Virus record (IMG/VR): IMGVR_UViG_3300044756_000026
Span: 1-53,671 of that record
Origin: a virus
Lineage: Duplodnaviria; Caudoviricetes
DNA: 53,671 bases
Direction: 5' to 3' (one strand)
Position numbers and translations under genes: made by a program. The notes beneath the pieces were generated by a model. It saw only the letters and a program-made list of their open reading frames with translations, did not search any database and was not told the origin of the DNA. Position 1 is the first letter of the stretch; each line of letters starts with the position of its first letter. Below, one piece after another: positions 38,808 to 48,647 of the stretch.

Positions 38808-39350
38808 TCAGGCGATCGAACTCCGCCTCGTGCGGCGAACCGTTCGTCTCTGCCATTTCTCCTGCTTTCGTCGGCGTTCAAGGCGTCGGCGCTGTTCCAT
38901 GCGCGCGTGTCTCATGTTCTCCTTCTCTACTTGTTCTCGATCAATACCACAATAATAACATCTGAAGCGACCTTCGACGATGATGGGCGCCCAAGCGAGT
39001 GCGTGATGTGTGTGCCCGTAGTACTTGAAATATGTCGGGCGACGGCATCTACCGCACCACTCCGCATCAATGGGCATGATCTCCAGCCGATCAATGAAGC
39101 GAGGTATTTTGAAGATGCGGTTGCGTGCGATGATGGATGCGTCTACGTATAGACCGCTGTCCAACAGAGTGAAGACCTTGTCGCGCGCCTCGTCGAATGT
39201 GTCTCGGAAACCGACCGCCCATTTGCCGTTTCTTTTTTGAGCTGTGATTTCCCATGGCTGCGTGGTTGATTCATAGACCCGCACGTTGCGCTCGAAATAT
39301 GACGCGTATTCCTCGTGCGAGAGTAACTGTGTTAATGTGGGTAACGTCAT
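38808..39350 (-). CDS. hypothetical Zn-finger protein
   Basis: WCGRCRRPT...RCYYCG. Confidence 0.65.
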   Translation of the reverse strand: MTLPTLTQLLSHEEYASYFERNVRVYESTTQPWEITAQKRNGKWAVGFRDTFDEARDKVFTLLDSGLYVDASIIARNRIFKIPRFIDRLEIMPIDAEWCGRCRRPTYFKYYGHTHHALAWAPIIVEGRFRCYYCGIDREQVEKENMRHARMEQRRRLERRRKQEKWQRRTVRRTRRSSIA

Positions 39351-39391
39351 GCGATAATGTTATCACGACACGCCTCATGATTGGAGAATAA

Positions 39392-41347
39392 ATGTCAGTC
39401 GCATCCGTAGTAAAGAAGCAGTTAGAATTTCTGAAGGATTTGTATTGGGGATTCGAAGGTGGCTATATATTTCTTCCGTGGATTGCTGCCGATGATGCCG
39501 CTGGCGATCCGCAAACTCGCAAGAATGGCTGGAACAATGGCTCGGCCTACTACTGGCCTGATGATGCCCGACTTGTTGACGCTCACCTGCGCGAGCATTA
39601 TCTCGACGACATATACTTTACCCCGACGATGTTCGAGAAACGATCTCGCTCGAGCAACCCAGTTACCATGGATCGTTTGTATGCTGACCTCGACGACAAG
39701 GCTAACGTACCTGAAGACCTCACGCCTACGTACTACTGGGAGACGTCGCCTGGTCGGTATGCTGCAATCTGGTTAGCCACTGAACAGCACAAGCGTGATC
39801 AAACGAAGAGTGGGTTAATGAATCAAAGATTAACCTATCACGTTAATGCGGATCGCTCGGGGTGGGACACAGGACAACTGCTGCGACTACCGTGGTCGGT
39901 GAACAACAAGGCTCACGTCGGCGGCAAGCGTGGGAAAATGATCAGCACGCTGGACGAGTACTACACGTGGGAGTACCTCGGTGAAACTATACCAGGGCTA
40001 CCCCGACACTTACTCGGTGGTGTGGAAGTAAATGTCACTGAGCACACTGTACGTGAGATGCAGCTCGAGCGTGACGTATTGAAGGAATACGCGGATAAGT
40101 TGGGCCCGTCCGTGATACGTCGACTCATGCAAGGTGATGACCTGGGTATGGATCGGAGCAAAACAGCATTCGGCTTAGAAAAGGATTTAGCGAAAGCAGG
40201 AATGAGTATACCTGAGATGATCGTCGTGATGGAGCCGACTGTCTGGAATAAATATCGGGGTAGACAAACAGAGTTCCGAGATCTCTCGCGCGAATGCTCC
40301 AAAGCGTACAGTATTGTGGTACATGAAGAGAAGCTCGAAGAATTACAGCACGAGGAACATCCAGAGGCACAAGCGTTACCAGATCCTCAAGGCTTCCAAC
40401 ATATGAAAGATTACATTGAGGCAATAGAACCACCTTACCTGATCGACAAATGTTTACCTGCTGGTGGTTGTATGATAATCGCTGGCATCCCGAAGTCGTT
40501 GAAGTCATGGATCGCTGAATACATGGCAATCTGTTTGGCCACTCAACATTCGTTCCTCGAAAAGAAAGTAAGCAACAGCGCCAACGTAATGTATATCCAA
40601 GCTGAAGATGGTGAACTGCTGGTGCGTCAACGGCAGCACGCCATCGCACGCACGATGAATCCGAACTGGTCGCTCGATGTACCGTTCGATGAGATCGAAG
40701 GATACCCGGCAGAGTTCATGCCGTATGTCGGTCGAGGATGGAATGCTACTGACCCCGAACACTTGGTGTGGTTAGAAGATGTGATCGAGAGATTCGATAT
40801 CCAAGCAGTCATCATCGACACGCTGACAATGGTTACACTCGGAACAGACATGAACAATGCCGCAGACATATCCACTGTGCTCGGCAATCTCAAGGTCATC
40901 GCTCGACGAACTGATTGTGCTGTCGTCGTCGTGCACCACATGAAGAAGGATATGAAATCAGCACGCGCTGGCCAGAATGTGGCTGGCTCTCAACAGATAC
41001 ATGCATGGGCTGATGCTGGCATGTATTTCCACGAGAAACCACAAACGGGTGCATCTGTGACGTTCGACCTCGAGACGAAGTCAACATCTACGGAAACATT
41101 GTCGTATCGAATAGACGGGATGAGCGAAGATCGGTTTGAAGTACAGTACGTGCCGCCATCAGGAACAATGCCAAAGGAGAAGCGTATACCAACAGGTGCA
41201 GATCTTGAAAAGGCTGAACCACCGAAGTCGGTGCAACGAAAGGTTGCGATCAGAAAGTACTTGAAGATTAATCCAGATGCCACGAACAAAGAGATATCGA
41301 CAGACTTGGGAATACCCATTGCCTCGGTGTATCGGTTGATGAAGTAG
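39392..41347 (+). CDS. DNA primase/helicase (RepB-like primase, AAA_25 helicase, C-terminal HTH)
   Basis: LYADLD, ETSPGRY, LLRLP...N.K; G.PKS.KS, EDG, IIDTL, VHH..K. Confidence 0.88.
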   Translation: MSVASVVKKQLEFLKDLYWGFEGGYIFLPWIAADDAAGDPQTRKNGWNNGSAYYWPDDARLVDAHLREHYLDDIYFTPTMFEKRSRSSNPVTMDRLYADLDDKANVPEDLTPTYYWETSPGRYAAIWLATEQHKRDQTKSGLMNQRLTYHVNADRSGWDTGQLLRLPWSVNNKAHVGGKRGKMISTLDEYYTWEYLGETIPGLPRHLLGGVEVNVTEHTVREMQLERDVLKEYADKLGPSVIRRLMQGDDLGMDRSKTAFGLEKDLAKAGMSIPEMIVVMEPTVWNKYRGRQTEFRDLSRECSKAYSIVVHEEKLEELQHEEHPEAQALPDPQGFQHMKDYIEAIEPPYLIDKCLPAGGCMIIAGIPKSLKSWIAEYMAICLATQHSFLEKKVSNSANVMYIQAEDGELLVRQRQHAIARTMNPNWSLDVPFDEIEGYPAEFMPYVGRGWNATDPEHLVWLEDVIERFDIQAVIIDTLTMVTLGTDMNNAADISTVLGNLKVIARRTDCAVVVVHHMKKDMKSARAGQNVAGSQQIHAWADAGMYFHEKPQTGASVTFDLETKSTSTETLSYRIDGMSEDRFEVQYVPPSGTMPKEKRIPTGADLEKAEPPKSVQRKVAIRKYLKINPDATNKEISTDLGIPIASVYRLMK

Positions 41348-41382
41348 TGTGTGTCTGTGTGTGTATGTCGTCGTCATTATCA

Positions 41383-41432
41383 TTTATCATTATCACACCC
41401 GTATATATATACGGGGGTGTGATGAATGATGA
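41383..41432. repeat. AT-centred palindrome, candidate origin or terminator
   Basis: TCATTATCACACCC-GTATAT|ATATAC-GGGGGTGTGATGAATGA. Confidence 0.5.
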
Positions 41433-41471
41433 AATTCTAACAGACAACCTCCACACCGGAAGGGTGATAAG

Positions 41472-41693
41472 GTGATCAAAGTTTATACCAAACCGGAATG
41501 TGTGCAATGCAAGTGGACTAAGGTATTTCTAGAGAAGATGGGCCTCGAGTATGAAGAGCATGATGTGACGCAAGATGAAGAGGCCGCAAAGGAGGTGAGG
41601 AGAAGAGGATTCGATACCTTACCCGTCGTCGTTACCGCGCAAGATGTTTGGGCCGGCTTCAAGATTGACAAATTAAAAGACTTGAAGCGTTGA
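41472..41693 (+). CDS. nrdH: NrdH-like glutaredoxin
   Basis: VYTKP.CVQC..TK...PVV...W.GF..DK. Confidence 0.92.
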   Translation: MIKVYTKPECVQCKWTKVFLEKMGLEYEEHDVTQDEEAAKEVRRRGFDTLPVVVTAQDVWAGFKIDKLKDLKR

Positions 41694-41743
41694 GCGCCGT
41701 CGTGATACGATTGTGCTGTACGTCACAACGAAAGGAAGAATCT

Positions 41744-41884
41744 ATGCCAACTCTTACGCTCAAGGAGATCGCCGAGAATCTCGGTTACAAGGACATGACG
41801 TCGTTCTCCCGAGAGTGGAAGACTCTGTCGCCTGAAGAGAAGGCGCAGTTCCGTCAAGTATGTGGAGAACGCAATGGCTCTTAA
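41744..41884 (+). CDS. small hypothetical protein
   Basis: TACGAT -10 at 41706 and GAAAGGA RBS. Confidence 0.55.
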   Translation: MPTLTLKEIAENLGYKDMTSFSREWKTLSPEEKAQFRQVCGERNGS

Positions 41885-42188
41885 ACATATGCCGCAGCTA
41901 CCACGCAAGCGGATACTCGGCGTATCATTCGATCAAGAACGAGTGACTGCCGGATCAATCGAGGTCGGCGACCACATCATGATGCCCGACCGCCCGACGA
42001 TGGTGATGCGTGTGGAAGATGTCATCCAGTACAAGAACACCGTTACCATTCGCGGCGTGCTGACTAACGGCTCGAAGCAGATGTTCAATCGTTTCCGCAT
42101 CGGACCAGTGCATCGTGTGGTGTGGCACAATCCAGAGTTCAAGGCAAAGCTTGATGCCATTATTGACGCAGGAGTAAAGGGTGAGTAA
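41874..42188 (+). CDS. hypothetical protein
   Basis: GGAGA RBS; operon packing. Confidence 0.55.
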   Translation: MALKHMPQLPRKRILGVSFDQERVTAGSIEVGDHIMMPDRPTMVMRVEDVIQYKNTVTIRGVLTNGSKQMFNRFRIGPVHRVVWHNPEFKAKLDAIIDAGVKGE

Positions 42189-42408
42189 TTTCGGAGTGCG
42201 CTGCGACGGGCGACACATCAAGACGAAGAAGGAACTGAGGGATCTGGTGAAAGCGGGCGTCGAGCTGTTCGCCTACGATACTTCGTCCTTTAGTAACCGC
42301 GGCGTCGTACGTGTCACGGAACTGTTGCCCGAAGACGTGATCGTCGGACCGGATCCGGATACGAAGCGATCGTGGTTCGCTAACTACAAGGACGGGAAAA
42401 TCGTATGA
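42181..42408 (+). CDS. hypothetical protein
   Basis: AGGAG RBS; KTKKELR...VGPDP...R.W.A motif. Confidence 0.6.
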   Translation: MSNFGVRCDGRHIKTKKELRDLVKAGVELFAYDTSSFSNRGVVRVTELLPEDVIVGPDPDTKRSWFANYKDGKIV

Positions 42409-42689
42409 ACTGCCCAGCGTGTGGGTTCGCTAACGATGCTTACGTGGAATACAAACAGGAGGGACCGGACGTTGACTCACGCGAACCTAGTAGTGGCGAC
42501 GCTCTCCTCTGCTATTCTTGTGCAGCAGTTCTTACGCTCAATGAGGAAGGCGAACTCGTGTACCCAACGCAGGAACAACGGATGCGATGGGTCCGAGAAC
42601 CTCTTGTCCAACAAGGAATCATCCAGCTGATGCTGCACATGACGATACATGAGCTGATCGCTGAGCAGGAAAGAACCCCGGGGGGGTAA
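42405..42689 (+). CDS. hypothetical Zn-ribbon protein
   Basis: CPACG...C..C; ATGA overlap. Confidence 0.55.
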   Translation: MNCPACGFANDAYVEYKQEGPDVDSREPSSGDALLCYSCAAVLTLNEEGELVYPTQEQRMRWVREPLVQQGIIQLMLHMTIHELIAEQERTPGG

Positions 42690-42748
42690 TTTAGGCTTTA
42701 CGTCCAAAAAAATCACAGAGAATTCTGAGACTTTGAAAGAAGAATAAT

Positions 42749-42997
42749 ATGCCTTTGAACGAGACCCAAGACGCGGTTATGTGCGAAGTCAAGGACGGCT
42801 ACCTGATCAATGTTCTCGCAATCCACGCAATTACACCTGACGATGAATTTATGGAGCCAAGTTCACGAATTTACCTTTCAAGTGGTTCAAAAATCTCTAT
42901 TGAAGGCATAACGCCACACCAGATTGTGGATCAGGTGATGACAACACTCCGCGAGGCACAAGCGATGATTCTGGGGAGGATTGAGTCTAGTGACTGA
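42749..42997 (+). CDS. hypothetical protein
   Basis: ORF with GAAAG upstream. Confidence 0.5.
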   Translation: MPLNETQDAVMCEVKDGYLINVLAIHAITPDDEFMEPSSRIYLSSGSKISIEGITPHQIVDQVMTTLREAQAMILGRIESSD

Positions 42998-43919
42998 GCG
43001 GAAGTCGGTACAATTCCGTATCGACGAGTCTCTTGCCGACATTGACGCCCTGATCGACGCACAGCTGGCTCAAGGTCCGGTTGACGACTACAATGTGGAC
43101 CGATACGACCACTGCCACTGGTGTGGGTACACATGGCACGGATTGCCGATCACCGAGCACATGCGCGAGATGCAGTCGTATGGTCAGATGTACGACGGCT
43201 ACAAGTACAGCGAAGACGATAGCGCATGGATCTGTCCTGGTTCTGACTACTATGGACCAATGCACGAGTCTGGTCACTGGAATAAGGAAGCGAGGGAACG
43301 TTGGGCTAATCGCCTCGCTGACTTTCCAGTCCCCCAAGACCGAGTCTTGTCAGATCAGTCTGGGTACTCACTTGCTGACCTTGAACTTCTTCGGAGTCGT
43401 GACCGATCGGTCGGGCTTTACCAACAGCGACGGACTGATTACAGCTACACTCGAACTCGTCGCACCCTCAAACGTTATCGCTTTGACCCCCCTGATTGGC
43501 GATCCTGGCGAATAAGCATGGAGCACGATCAGGACTTTGACGAGATCATGGGCTTCGGTAGTCCGTATCGTCAACTGCGGTCGAGTCGCACGTACTTGGA
43601 GATTGATTACGAGGGACGCTTGCAAGTGACTCATGGAATGCGCATTCCTGAGCAATTCATTTCAGAATGGACGTTGACAGGAACGCATCAAGATCAGGTG
43701 CTCTGGGCTCGGATGCGCACATGGAAAGTAGAGATCAAGCAAATCGTTCTGTACGCTCATACTCCGGAGCATCGTCTGGAGGAGCCGTCTCGACATGATG
43801 AGTCGCGTCGAGACAACGAACCACAGTATATTGATGTGGACACATATGACAATCCACTGGAGCTTGTGTGGTGGAACGATTTCTGGAAGGATTTGGGTGA
43901 TGCGCCGGAACAATCATGA
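42981..43919 (+). CDS. hypothetical protein
   Basis: 312 aa; GGAGG RBS; ID.LID.QL...C..CG..WHGLP...CPGS. Confidence 0.65.
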   Translation: MSLVTERKSVQFRIDESLADIDALIDAQLAQGPVDDYNVDRYDHCHWCGYTWHGLPITEHMREMQSYGQMYDGYKYSEDDSAWICPGSDYYGPMHESGHWNKEARERWANRLADFPVPQDRVLSDQSGYSLADLELLRSRDRSVGLYQQRRTDYSYTRTRRTLKRYRFDPPDWRSWRISMEHDQDFDEIMGFGSPYRQLRSSRTYLEIDYEGRLQVTHGMRIPEQFISEWTLTGTHQDQVLWARMRTWKVEIKQIVLYAHTPEHRLEEPSRHDESRRDNEPQYIDVDTYDNPLELVWWNDFWKDLGDAPEQS

Positions 43920-44355
43920 GATAAGGGACGCTGAGAACGACATTCTTGGGTATACGCCTTCACGATTCGTCACGGCGTATCACGAGTTAATTTCTTCTTG
44001 CATGCTAATGGCGTCCAGTGGCGACCAGGAACCCAATACGCGCATCGCAACGCCAAAACGCAAATACAGCACACACACAGGAGGGCTCAGGGACGAAGCT
44101 TCAATGAGATTTAAAGCATGGGTCGATAGAGAGCTACGTGTACTAGCTCGAGACATGGAAGCATTCATACATGCGCGCGGCGCCGAACGTGAGTACATGA
44201 GAGCACGCGCTGATTTGAAGTGCAAAGGCTGCGGAAAGTATGTGCAGTGGCACTGGCATTTCTGCGCCTGGTGTGGGCACGTCATGGTGCATACCATGGA
44301 CACGCTCCGGACCAGGAACGAAGAACGATTGGGAATCATATCGAACGGTGAGTGA
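43900..44355 (+). CDS. Zn-ribbon protein
   Basis: C-terminal C..CGK....W.FC.WCG. Confidence 0.6.
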   Translation: MRRNNHEIRDAENDILGYTPSRFVTAYHELISSCMLMASSGDQEPNTRIATPKRKYSTHTGGLRDEASMRFKAWVDRELRVLARDMEAFIHARGAEREYMRARADLKCKGCGKYVQWHWHFCAWCGHVMVHTMDTLRTRNEERLGIISNGE

Positions 44356-44449
44356 GATGTGGACTGGTTACAAGGTCTGGCATTGATCGCAACATTAGTC
44401 GGAACCTTTGAGTTCGGAAGAGTCAGAGGATGGGAGAAAGGATATAGTT

Positions 44450-44575
44450 ATGCCTGGAAAGAAATATCGCTCTATCAAGAAACCAAAGATGTACGAGGGC
44501 CTAAGGAAGAAGGGGTTTAGCAAGTCGTCAGCGGCAAAGATCAGCAATGCTAAGTCAAAGAAAAAGAAGAAATGA
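44450..44575 (+). CDS. 41-aa highly basic protein (not in ORF track)
   Basis: GAAAGGA RBS; MPGKKYRSIKKPKMYEGLRKKGFSKSSAAKISNAKSKKKKK. Confidence 0.65.
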   Translation: MPGKKYRSIKKPKMYEGLRKKGFSKSSAAKISNAKSKKKKK

Positions 44576-44667
44576 CCACGTTCTGGGCATCGGTGATCGT
44601 CAGTATCTTGGCAGGTGGTACTACCGGATTCATAGTCACATGGCTTTCCATCCGGTTCCGCCGCTGA
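44572..44667 (+). CDS. 31-aa single-TM peptide (not in ORF track)
   Basis: ATGA overlap; MTTFWASVIVSILAGGTTGFIVTWLSIRFRR. Confidence 0.45.
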   Translation: MTTFWASVIVSILAGGTTGFIVTWLSIRFRR

Positions 44668-44930
44668 ACTTTCCGCCTCGTCCGTTCGAGGCGTTCACAC
44701 AGTGCCCGCGTTGCGAGTACATGGGTTACGCTTTCCTCAGACCCCTGTTGCGTGTGGTTCACCATGGGCCGATCAAGCGGTTGGACAACGGTGACGGTAC
44801 GACGACTGAAATCCACGCGTTCGGAGATACGTGGGATTCATATCATGAAGTCGATCCAGCAGTAGAGAAGCCGAGCACGATAGAACGTCAATGTCAAGTA
44901 TGCCACTATAGATGGGAACAATTACCATGA
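44640..44930 (+). CDS. Zn-ribbon hypothetical protein
   Basis: CPRC...RQC..C...W.Q. Confidence 0.5.
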   Translation: MAFHPVPPLNFPPRPFEAFTQCPRCEYMGYAFLRPLLRVVHHGPIKRLDNGDGTTTEIHAFGDTWDSYHEVDPAVEKPSTIERQCQVCHYRWEQLP

Positions 44931-45169
44931 CCGAGAAAGCACCTCCTGGCGGAGGTACAATAGAAGCTAAACTCTGGTTCAAAACTGAATGTGGGCAATG
45001 CTCGGGTCAACAGGAGGATGGATCAGTAGCTTTACATTGGGATGAAGATTCGTCGTATGCTGAGGATTTTGCGGTGGCTCATGTTAACGCTAATGCTGAT
45101 CACGTGGTGACTATCACTACTCAGGTACTGATTCTTCCACCGGAGGCTCGTCAGTCGTCTCTTGATTGA
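44927..45169 (+). CDS. hypothetical protein
   Basis: C..C...H....H; ATGA overlap. Confidence 0.5.
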   Translation: MTEKAPPGGGTIEAKLWFKTECGQCSGQQEDGSVALHWDEDSSYAEDFAVAHVNANADHVVTITTQVLILPPEARQSSLD

Positions 45170-45341
45170 CGAATGGTTCAGCATCGGGTTCGCCGTGTGT
45201 TCGGCGGTATTCTACGCAGCTTGGGCAAAAGCAATTTTCGTGGTAATGCGTCATTTCTTCGGACATTGCAGCTTCCTTTCGTGAGAACCATTACGATACG
45301 ATTGTAACGCACGCATTACACACGACGAATGGATCTTACAA

Positions 45342-45608
45342 ATGAAATGTCCAGAATGTGATAGCGACAATGTTCAGCTAACGCAATTCATCGAGGACCC
45401 GCCAATTGATATTCCATGTAAAACAGAAGGGTATGCGGATGAAGTTCATTGTCTCGATTGCATGGGAGTGTTCGTACCTGACAAACTGAAGAAAGTTTGG
45501 ATCAAATCGCATCTCGCTGATGTACCAATCGAAGGCAACATCGACGATGCGGATACGTTGCGACAACTCCTAGAAAAGAAACTGGAATCTTTGGACGATG
45601 ACGATTGA
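45342..45608 (+). CDS. Zn-ribbon hypothetical protein
   Basis: CPECDS...CLDC; TACGAT promoter-like element near 45297. Confidence 0.55.
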   Translation: MKCPECDSDNVQLTQFIEDPPIDIPCKTEGYADEVHCLDCMGVFVPDKLKKVWIKSHLADVPIEGNIDDADTLRQLLEKKLESLDDDD

Positions 45609-45924
45609 CAAACGCCTGCGTCGGCAACAACGCAAGGCGCAGAAAACGGAAGACAACTCGTGGGGCGGGTACGCGGGTCGTTCGTTAGGTGAGATCATCG
45701 CCGAGGAAGCGGACAAGCGATTCGTCAAACGCAAAGGCGGAGACATGTCCGTCGAGAACGAATGGGAAATGCGAGGCGTGTTGCTCGCACTATCCATTCT
45801 GCGTGGGTCGTCGGTCAATGAAGAAATAAGGCGAATGAAAGGAAGAGTAAAGCATGGCGAAGCCGAAGTCGATACAAGCAGAGGCACGCAAGTACGGAAA
45901 GTCCGTCGCCGCGTACCTGAATGA
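45598..45924 (+). CDS. hypothetical protein
   Basis: Overlaps the previous stop. Confidence 0.5.
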   Translation: MTIDKRLRRQQRKAQKTEDNSWGGYAGRSLGEIIAEEADKRFVKRKGGDMSVENEWEMRGVLLALSILRGSSVNEEIRRMKGRVKHGEAEVDTSRGTQVRKVRRRVPE

Positions 45925-46141
45925 CAAGACGAAGAAAGGAGCATTCAATGCTGGTGTGGTGTGGAACGATGACGACGTAGCCACTATCGTTCAGATGATT
46001 GAGAACGACAGCACCACCTTCGATATGGCGATCACGCTCGGTCGTACGTACTACGGCGCGCTCAACGCACGCGCACACATCGGTTTTGCAATGCGGCACT
46101 CAGACGTGATCTGGGGCACCATGACGAAAGGCAAGAAGTGA
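45854..46141 (+). CDS. putative Myb/HTH-like protein
   Basis: W..DD...MA..LGRT motif. Confidence 0.5.
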   Translation: MAKPKSIQAEARKYGKSVAAYLNDKTKKGAFNAGVVWNDDDVATIVQMIENDSTTFDMAITLGRTYYGALNARAHIGFAMRHSDVIWGTMTKGKK

Positions 46142-46317
46142 TACACACTGGCGATTACGTCAAGGTGAATCCAATGTCGAAGGTATACAAGGTCAAGGCA
46201 GTATACGGCGACAGTCTCCAGCTTACGATTGCACCCGACCATCCAGACGGGGCAAAGTATGACCGCAATTTCTGGACAACAAGAGATAAGGTGATTGAAG
46301 TTGAAGCAATACGTTGA
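46138..46317 (+). CDS. 59-aa hypothetical protein (not in ORF track)
   Basis: GAAAGG RBS; GTGA overlap; MIHTGDYVKV... Confidence 0.45.
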   Translation: MIHTGDYVKVNPMSKVYKVKAVYGDSLQLTIAPDHPDGAKYDRNFWTTRDKVIEVEAIR

Positions 46318-46657
46318 CGGCACCCTCGAGGGCAGCCCTGAAGAATTAGCCGCATACAAGCACATCGACGCGATGCTCGCGCGCAAGAACAAGCCGGCAC
46401 CGAAGGCAATAGAAGCGAAGAAGGCACCGGTAAAAAAAGAACGCTCGAAGAATAGAGTATCGTCGGACGCGATCCTACTCTTCATTGAAGAACGCGAGGG
46501 GGCGACTGCTGCGGATATAGCTGAACAATTCCCCGGGCTCCCCCGAAAGGCAGCGTACAACAGACTATATCAACTGAGAAAGCAAAACAAACTCTGGTTG
46601 ACGGATCGTGGTGTGTTCAAGCTCGAGCGAAACAATGCCGAAAAAGCAGCGACGTAG
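46295..46657 (+). CDS. winged-HTH DNA-binding protein
   Basis: GATAADIAEQF...YNRL..L......RGVF.L. Confidence 0.65.
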   Translation: MKLKQYVDGTLEGSPEELAAYKHIDAMLARKNKPAPKAIEAKKAPVKKERSKNRVSSDAILLFIEEREGATAADIAEQFPGLPRKAAYNRLYQLRKQNKLWLTDRGVFKLERNNAEKAAT

Positions 46658-47015
46658 TTGGACCCGTCCCGGACTGTCGGATGCTGCTGCACAACGCCGA
46701 TGGTCCGGGATACGGGCGTCTGTATTAAACCGTGACAAACACTTGTGTCAGGCGAAGTTGTGGTGTTGTACGATTAAAGCGGAGGAGGTACATCATGTCT
46801 ACGCACGTTTCCGCAACCGCGATAACGTGGATGACAGGAAGTCGAACCTCATGTCTGTGTGCAAGAACTGTCACGAGATTCTCACGACGAACGACGTTGT
46901 GGCTGAACGTGAAATGAAGAAGTGGTTGGCGCACGTGGAAAAGATGAAGTTCTCGGATGCTCCGGGAATTCTGAAGAAAGGTGAAAAGTACGATGGTCGA
47001 CATGCCGAAGGTTAA
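46635..47015 (+). CDS. HNH endonuclease (cos-packaging type)
   Basis: W..IR..VL.RD...CQ...EVHH...SNL..VC..CH. Confidence 0.85.
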   Translation: MPKKQRRSWTRPGLSDAAAQRRWSGIRASVLNRDKHLCQAKLWCCTIKAEEVHHVYARFRNRDNVDDRKSNLMSVCKNCHEILTTNDVVAEREMKKWLAHVEKMKFSDAPGILKKGEKYDGRHAEG

Positions 47016-47169
47016 GAAGCTCACTGCTGACATTGAAGCCGTGTTGGTGGCACATCAGCACACGCGGCAGATCTATCCAGGACGTTGTACCTGTGATGCG
47101 CTCAAGCCGCGCAACCCGGAGCAGTGGCGTCGGCATCTCGCCATTCAACTCAGGAAAGTGATGACGTGA
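46993..47169 (+). CDS. hypothetical protein
   Basis: H....CTC...HLA..L motif. Confidence 0.5.
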   Translation: MVDMPKVKKLTADIEAVLVAHQHTRQIYPGRCTCDALKPRNPEQWRRHLAIQLRKVMT

Positions 47170-47294
47170 TGAGATGTTGGCACACTCCGTTCTGGAACTG
47201 TTCTTAGTATTCGACTGCGGTGTAGGTGTGGGAGTGTTCGTTGTCTGGCTCGGATTCTGGTGGGGGAAGCGGCGAAAGTGAGGACGCGTCCGTA

Positions 47295-47340
47295 CACCAT
47301 GGGCTAAACCCAGGACGTGTACTTCTCACCATAGGCCGAT
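47295..47340 (+). repeat. bipartite CACCAYRGGCYRA element, copy 1
   Basis: Units at 47295 and 47327, 32 bp apart; same arrangement at 51917/51949. Confidence 0.65.
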
Positions 47341-47445
47341 GTGGTTCCAAAATGCGGGTATCAGCAGCGCACACGATGGCCAGCACGGCCTATACGGCCA
47401 CATACATCATATATATGCGCGATGCGCGCGCGATCCTGAATGGTG

Positions 47446-47499
47446 GCTTAAAGTGGTAGCGGCATTGGGATGACGTGACTCAGCTTAATGACATATAAT
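47446..47499 (+). promoter_or_regulatory. repeated early-type promoter (AAAGTGGT...GACATATAAT)
   Basis: TATAAT at 47494; related copies at 48982, 49645, 50644, 51234, 52100. Confidence 0.75.
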
Positions 47500-47505
47500 C
47501 GCGTT

Positions 47506-47850
47506 ATGACGAACACACGAACCGAACGCACGAAATACCTGGATCCCATCATCACGGAGTTCAGCTTGTATGACATGTCAGCCGCCGATGAATCTGACCC
47601 CGATCCAATCTACGTCGATGCGCGCAATGCCTCCGACCACATCGGCGGAATGATCTCTTTGCGTAATCACATCGCGTACAACGAACTCCGCCTGATCGAA
47701 CAAAAGGAATGGGGTTCGCACGACGAGGCACGTTACGAATTGTGGAACGTGGGTGTGCCCGTTGCTATCCTGTGCCTCGCAACGATGCCGCGCGACGTGT
47801 ACGAAGAAGCCAACGCCCCCGAACAGTTCGCCGACCTCGAAGGAGAATAA
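47506..47850 (+). CDS. hypothetical protein, probably leaderless
   Basis: ATG 7 nt after TATAAT; ESDPDP motif shared with 50656. Confidence 0.6.
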   Translation: MTNTRTERTKYLDPIITEFSLYDMSAADESDPDPIYVDARNASDHIGGMISLRNHIAYNELRLIEQKEWGSHDEARYELWNVGVPVAILCLATMPRDVYEEANAPEQFADLEGE

Positions 47851-47854
47851 CGAC

Positions 47855-48040
47855 ATGGACATGGTACGCATCGAAGGCAAGCAGCTCGAGAACCTGATCG
47901 ACACGTTGACGCGATACAAGGAGGCAACGGGTCGTGATCCGTATCTCCTCCGTATCGCATGGCAAGGCGAATCCGTGTTGATGAAGGTCAACGAAGGATT
48001 GTGGTCCGCTCCGATGGGAACGAAACAGGAGGCATATTAA
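47855..48040 (+). CDS. hypothetical protein
   Basis: AAGGAG RBS; KVNE..WS.P.G motif. Confidence 0.6.
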   Translation: MDMVRIEGKQLENLIDTLTRYKEATGRDPYLLRIAWQGESVLMKVNEGLWSAPMGTKQEAY

Positions 48041-48042
48041 TC

Positions 48043-48204
48043 ATGGGATATTACGAACCCGATGAGGTTGACGAATGTCCGTGCGCGAACGATGAGCCGT
48101 GTTGGGCACATCCCGATCTCGAACGATGGGCAGCTCTGTTCCAAGAAGTCCCGAACGATTACGACGAGGAATCAAGATTCATCAGAGAAGAGGCGATGAC
48201 GTGA
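48043..48204 (+). CDS. small acidic protein
   Basis: AGGAGG RBS. Confidence 0.5.
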   Translation: MGYYEPDEVDECPCANDEPCWAHPDLERWAALFQEVPNDYDEESRFIREEAMT

Positions 48205-48647
48205 ACACGACGCGGAGATGTACGCAATGCGGAGAGTTGTGTGAGCTGCTCGATGATGCGAGGATGTGGACCGAACTGTTATCCAATTGTCACACCGCTC
48301 CCGTCGTGTGGGATAGACCGCATGTGACAGGCGATCACTTAGCCGCCATCAACATGATCGCCATTCTCCAACCGTTGTGCGCACAGTTCTCGCGCGATCA
48401 CGGAAACGTTCCGTTGAAATACAATCCGTATTTCTCGATGATGGAAGGATTGGAAGAGAAACTGCCTGATGAGGCAAAGAGTTACCACTGCAAGGTACAC
48501 GGGTGGAACGCGATATTGACCACGAAGCGGAACAAGGACACCATTCCGTATTCGGAAGGTGACGTCGAATGCGCGGCGTGCCTCGAGCAAGATGAGACCG
48601 CACATGATACCTGTGTGTGGGGACAGGAGATTGACGACAAATCATGA
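48201..48647 (+). CDS. Cys-rich hypothetical protein
   Basis: GTGA overlap; several CxxC / CxxH motifs. Confidence 0.5.
   Translation: MNTTRRCTQCGELCELLDDARMWTELLSNCHTAPVVWDRPHVTGDHLAAINMIAILQPLCAQFSRDHGNVPLKYNPYFSMMEGLEEKLPDEAKSYHCKVHGWNAILTTKRNKDTIPYSEGDVECAACLEQDETAHDTCVWGQEIDDKS

Noticed and set aside
46635-47015. HNH as a mobile homing endonuclease or intron
   Set aside because: Small stand-alone packaging-type HNH; no interrupted host gene
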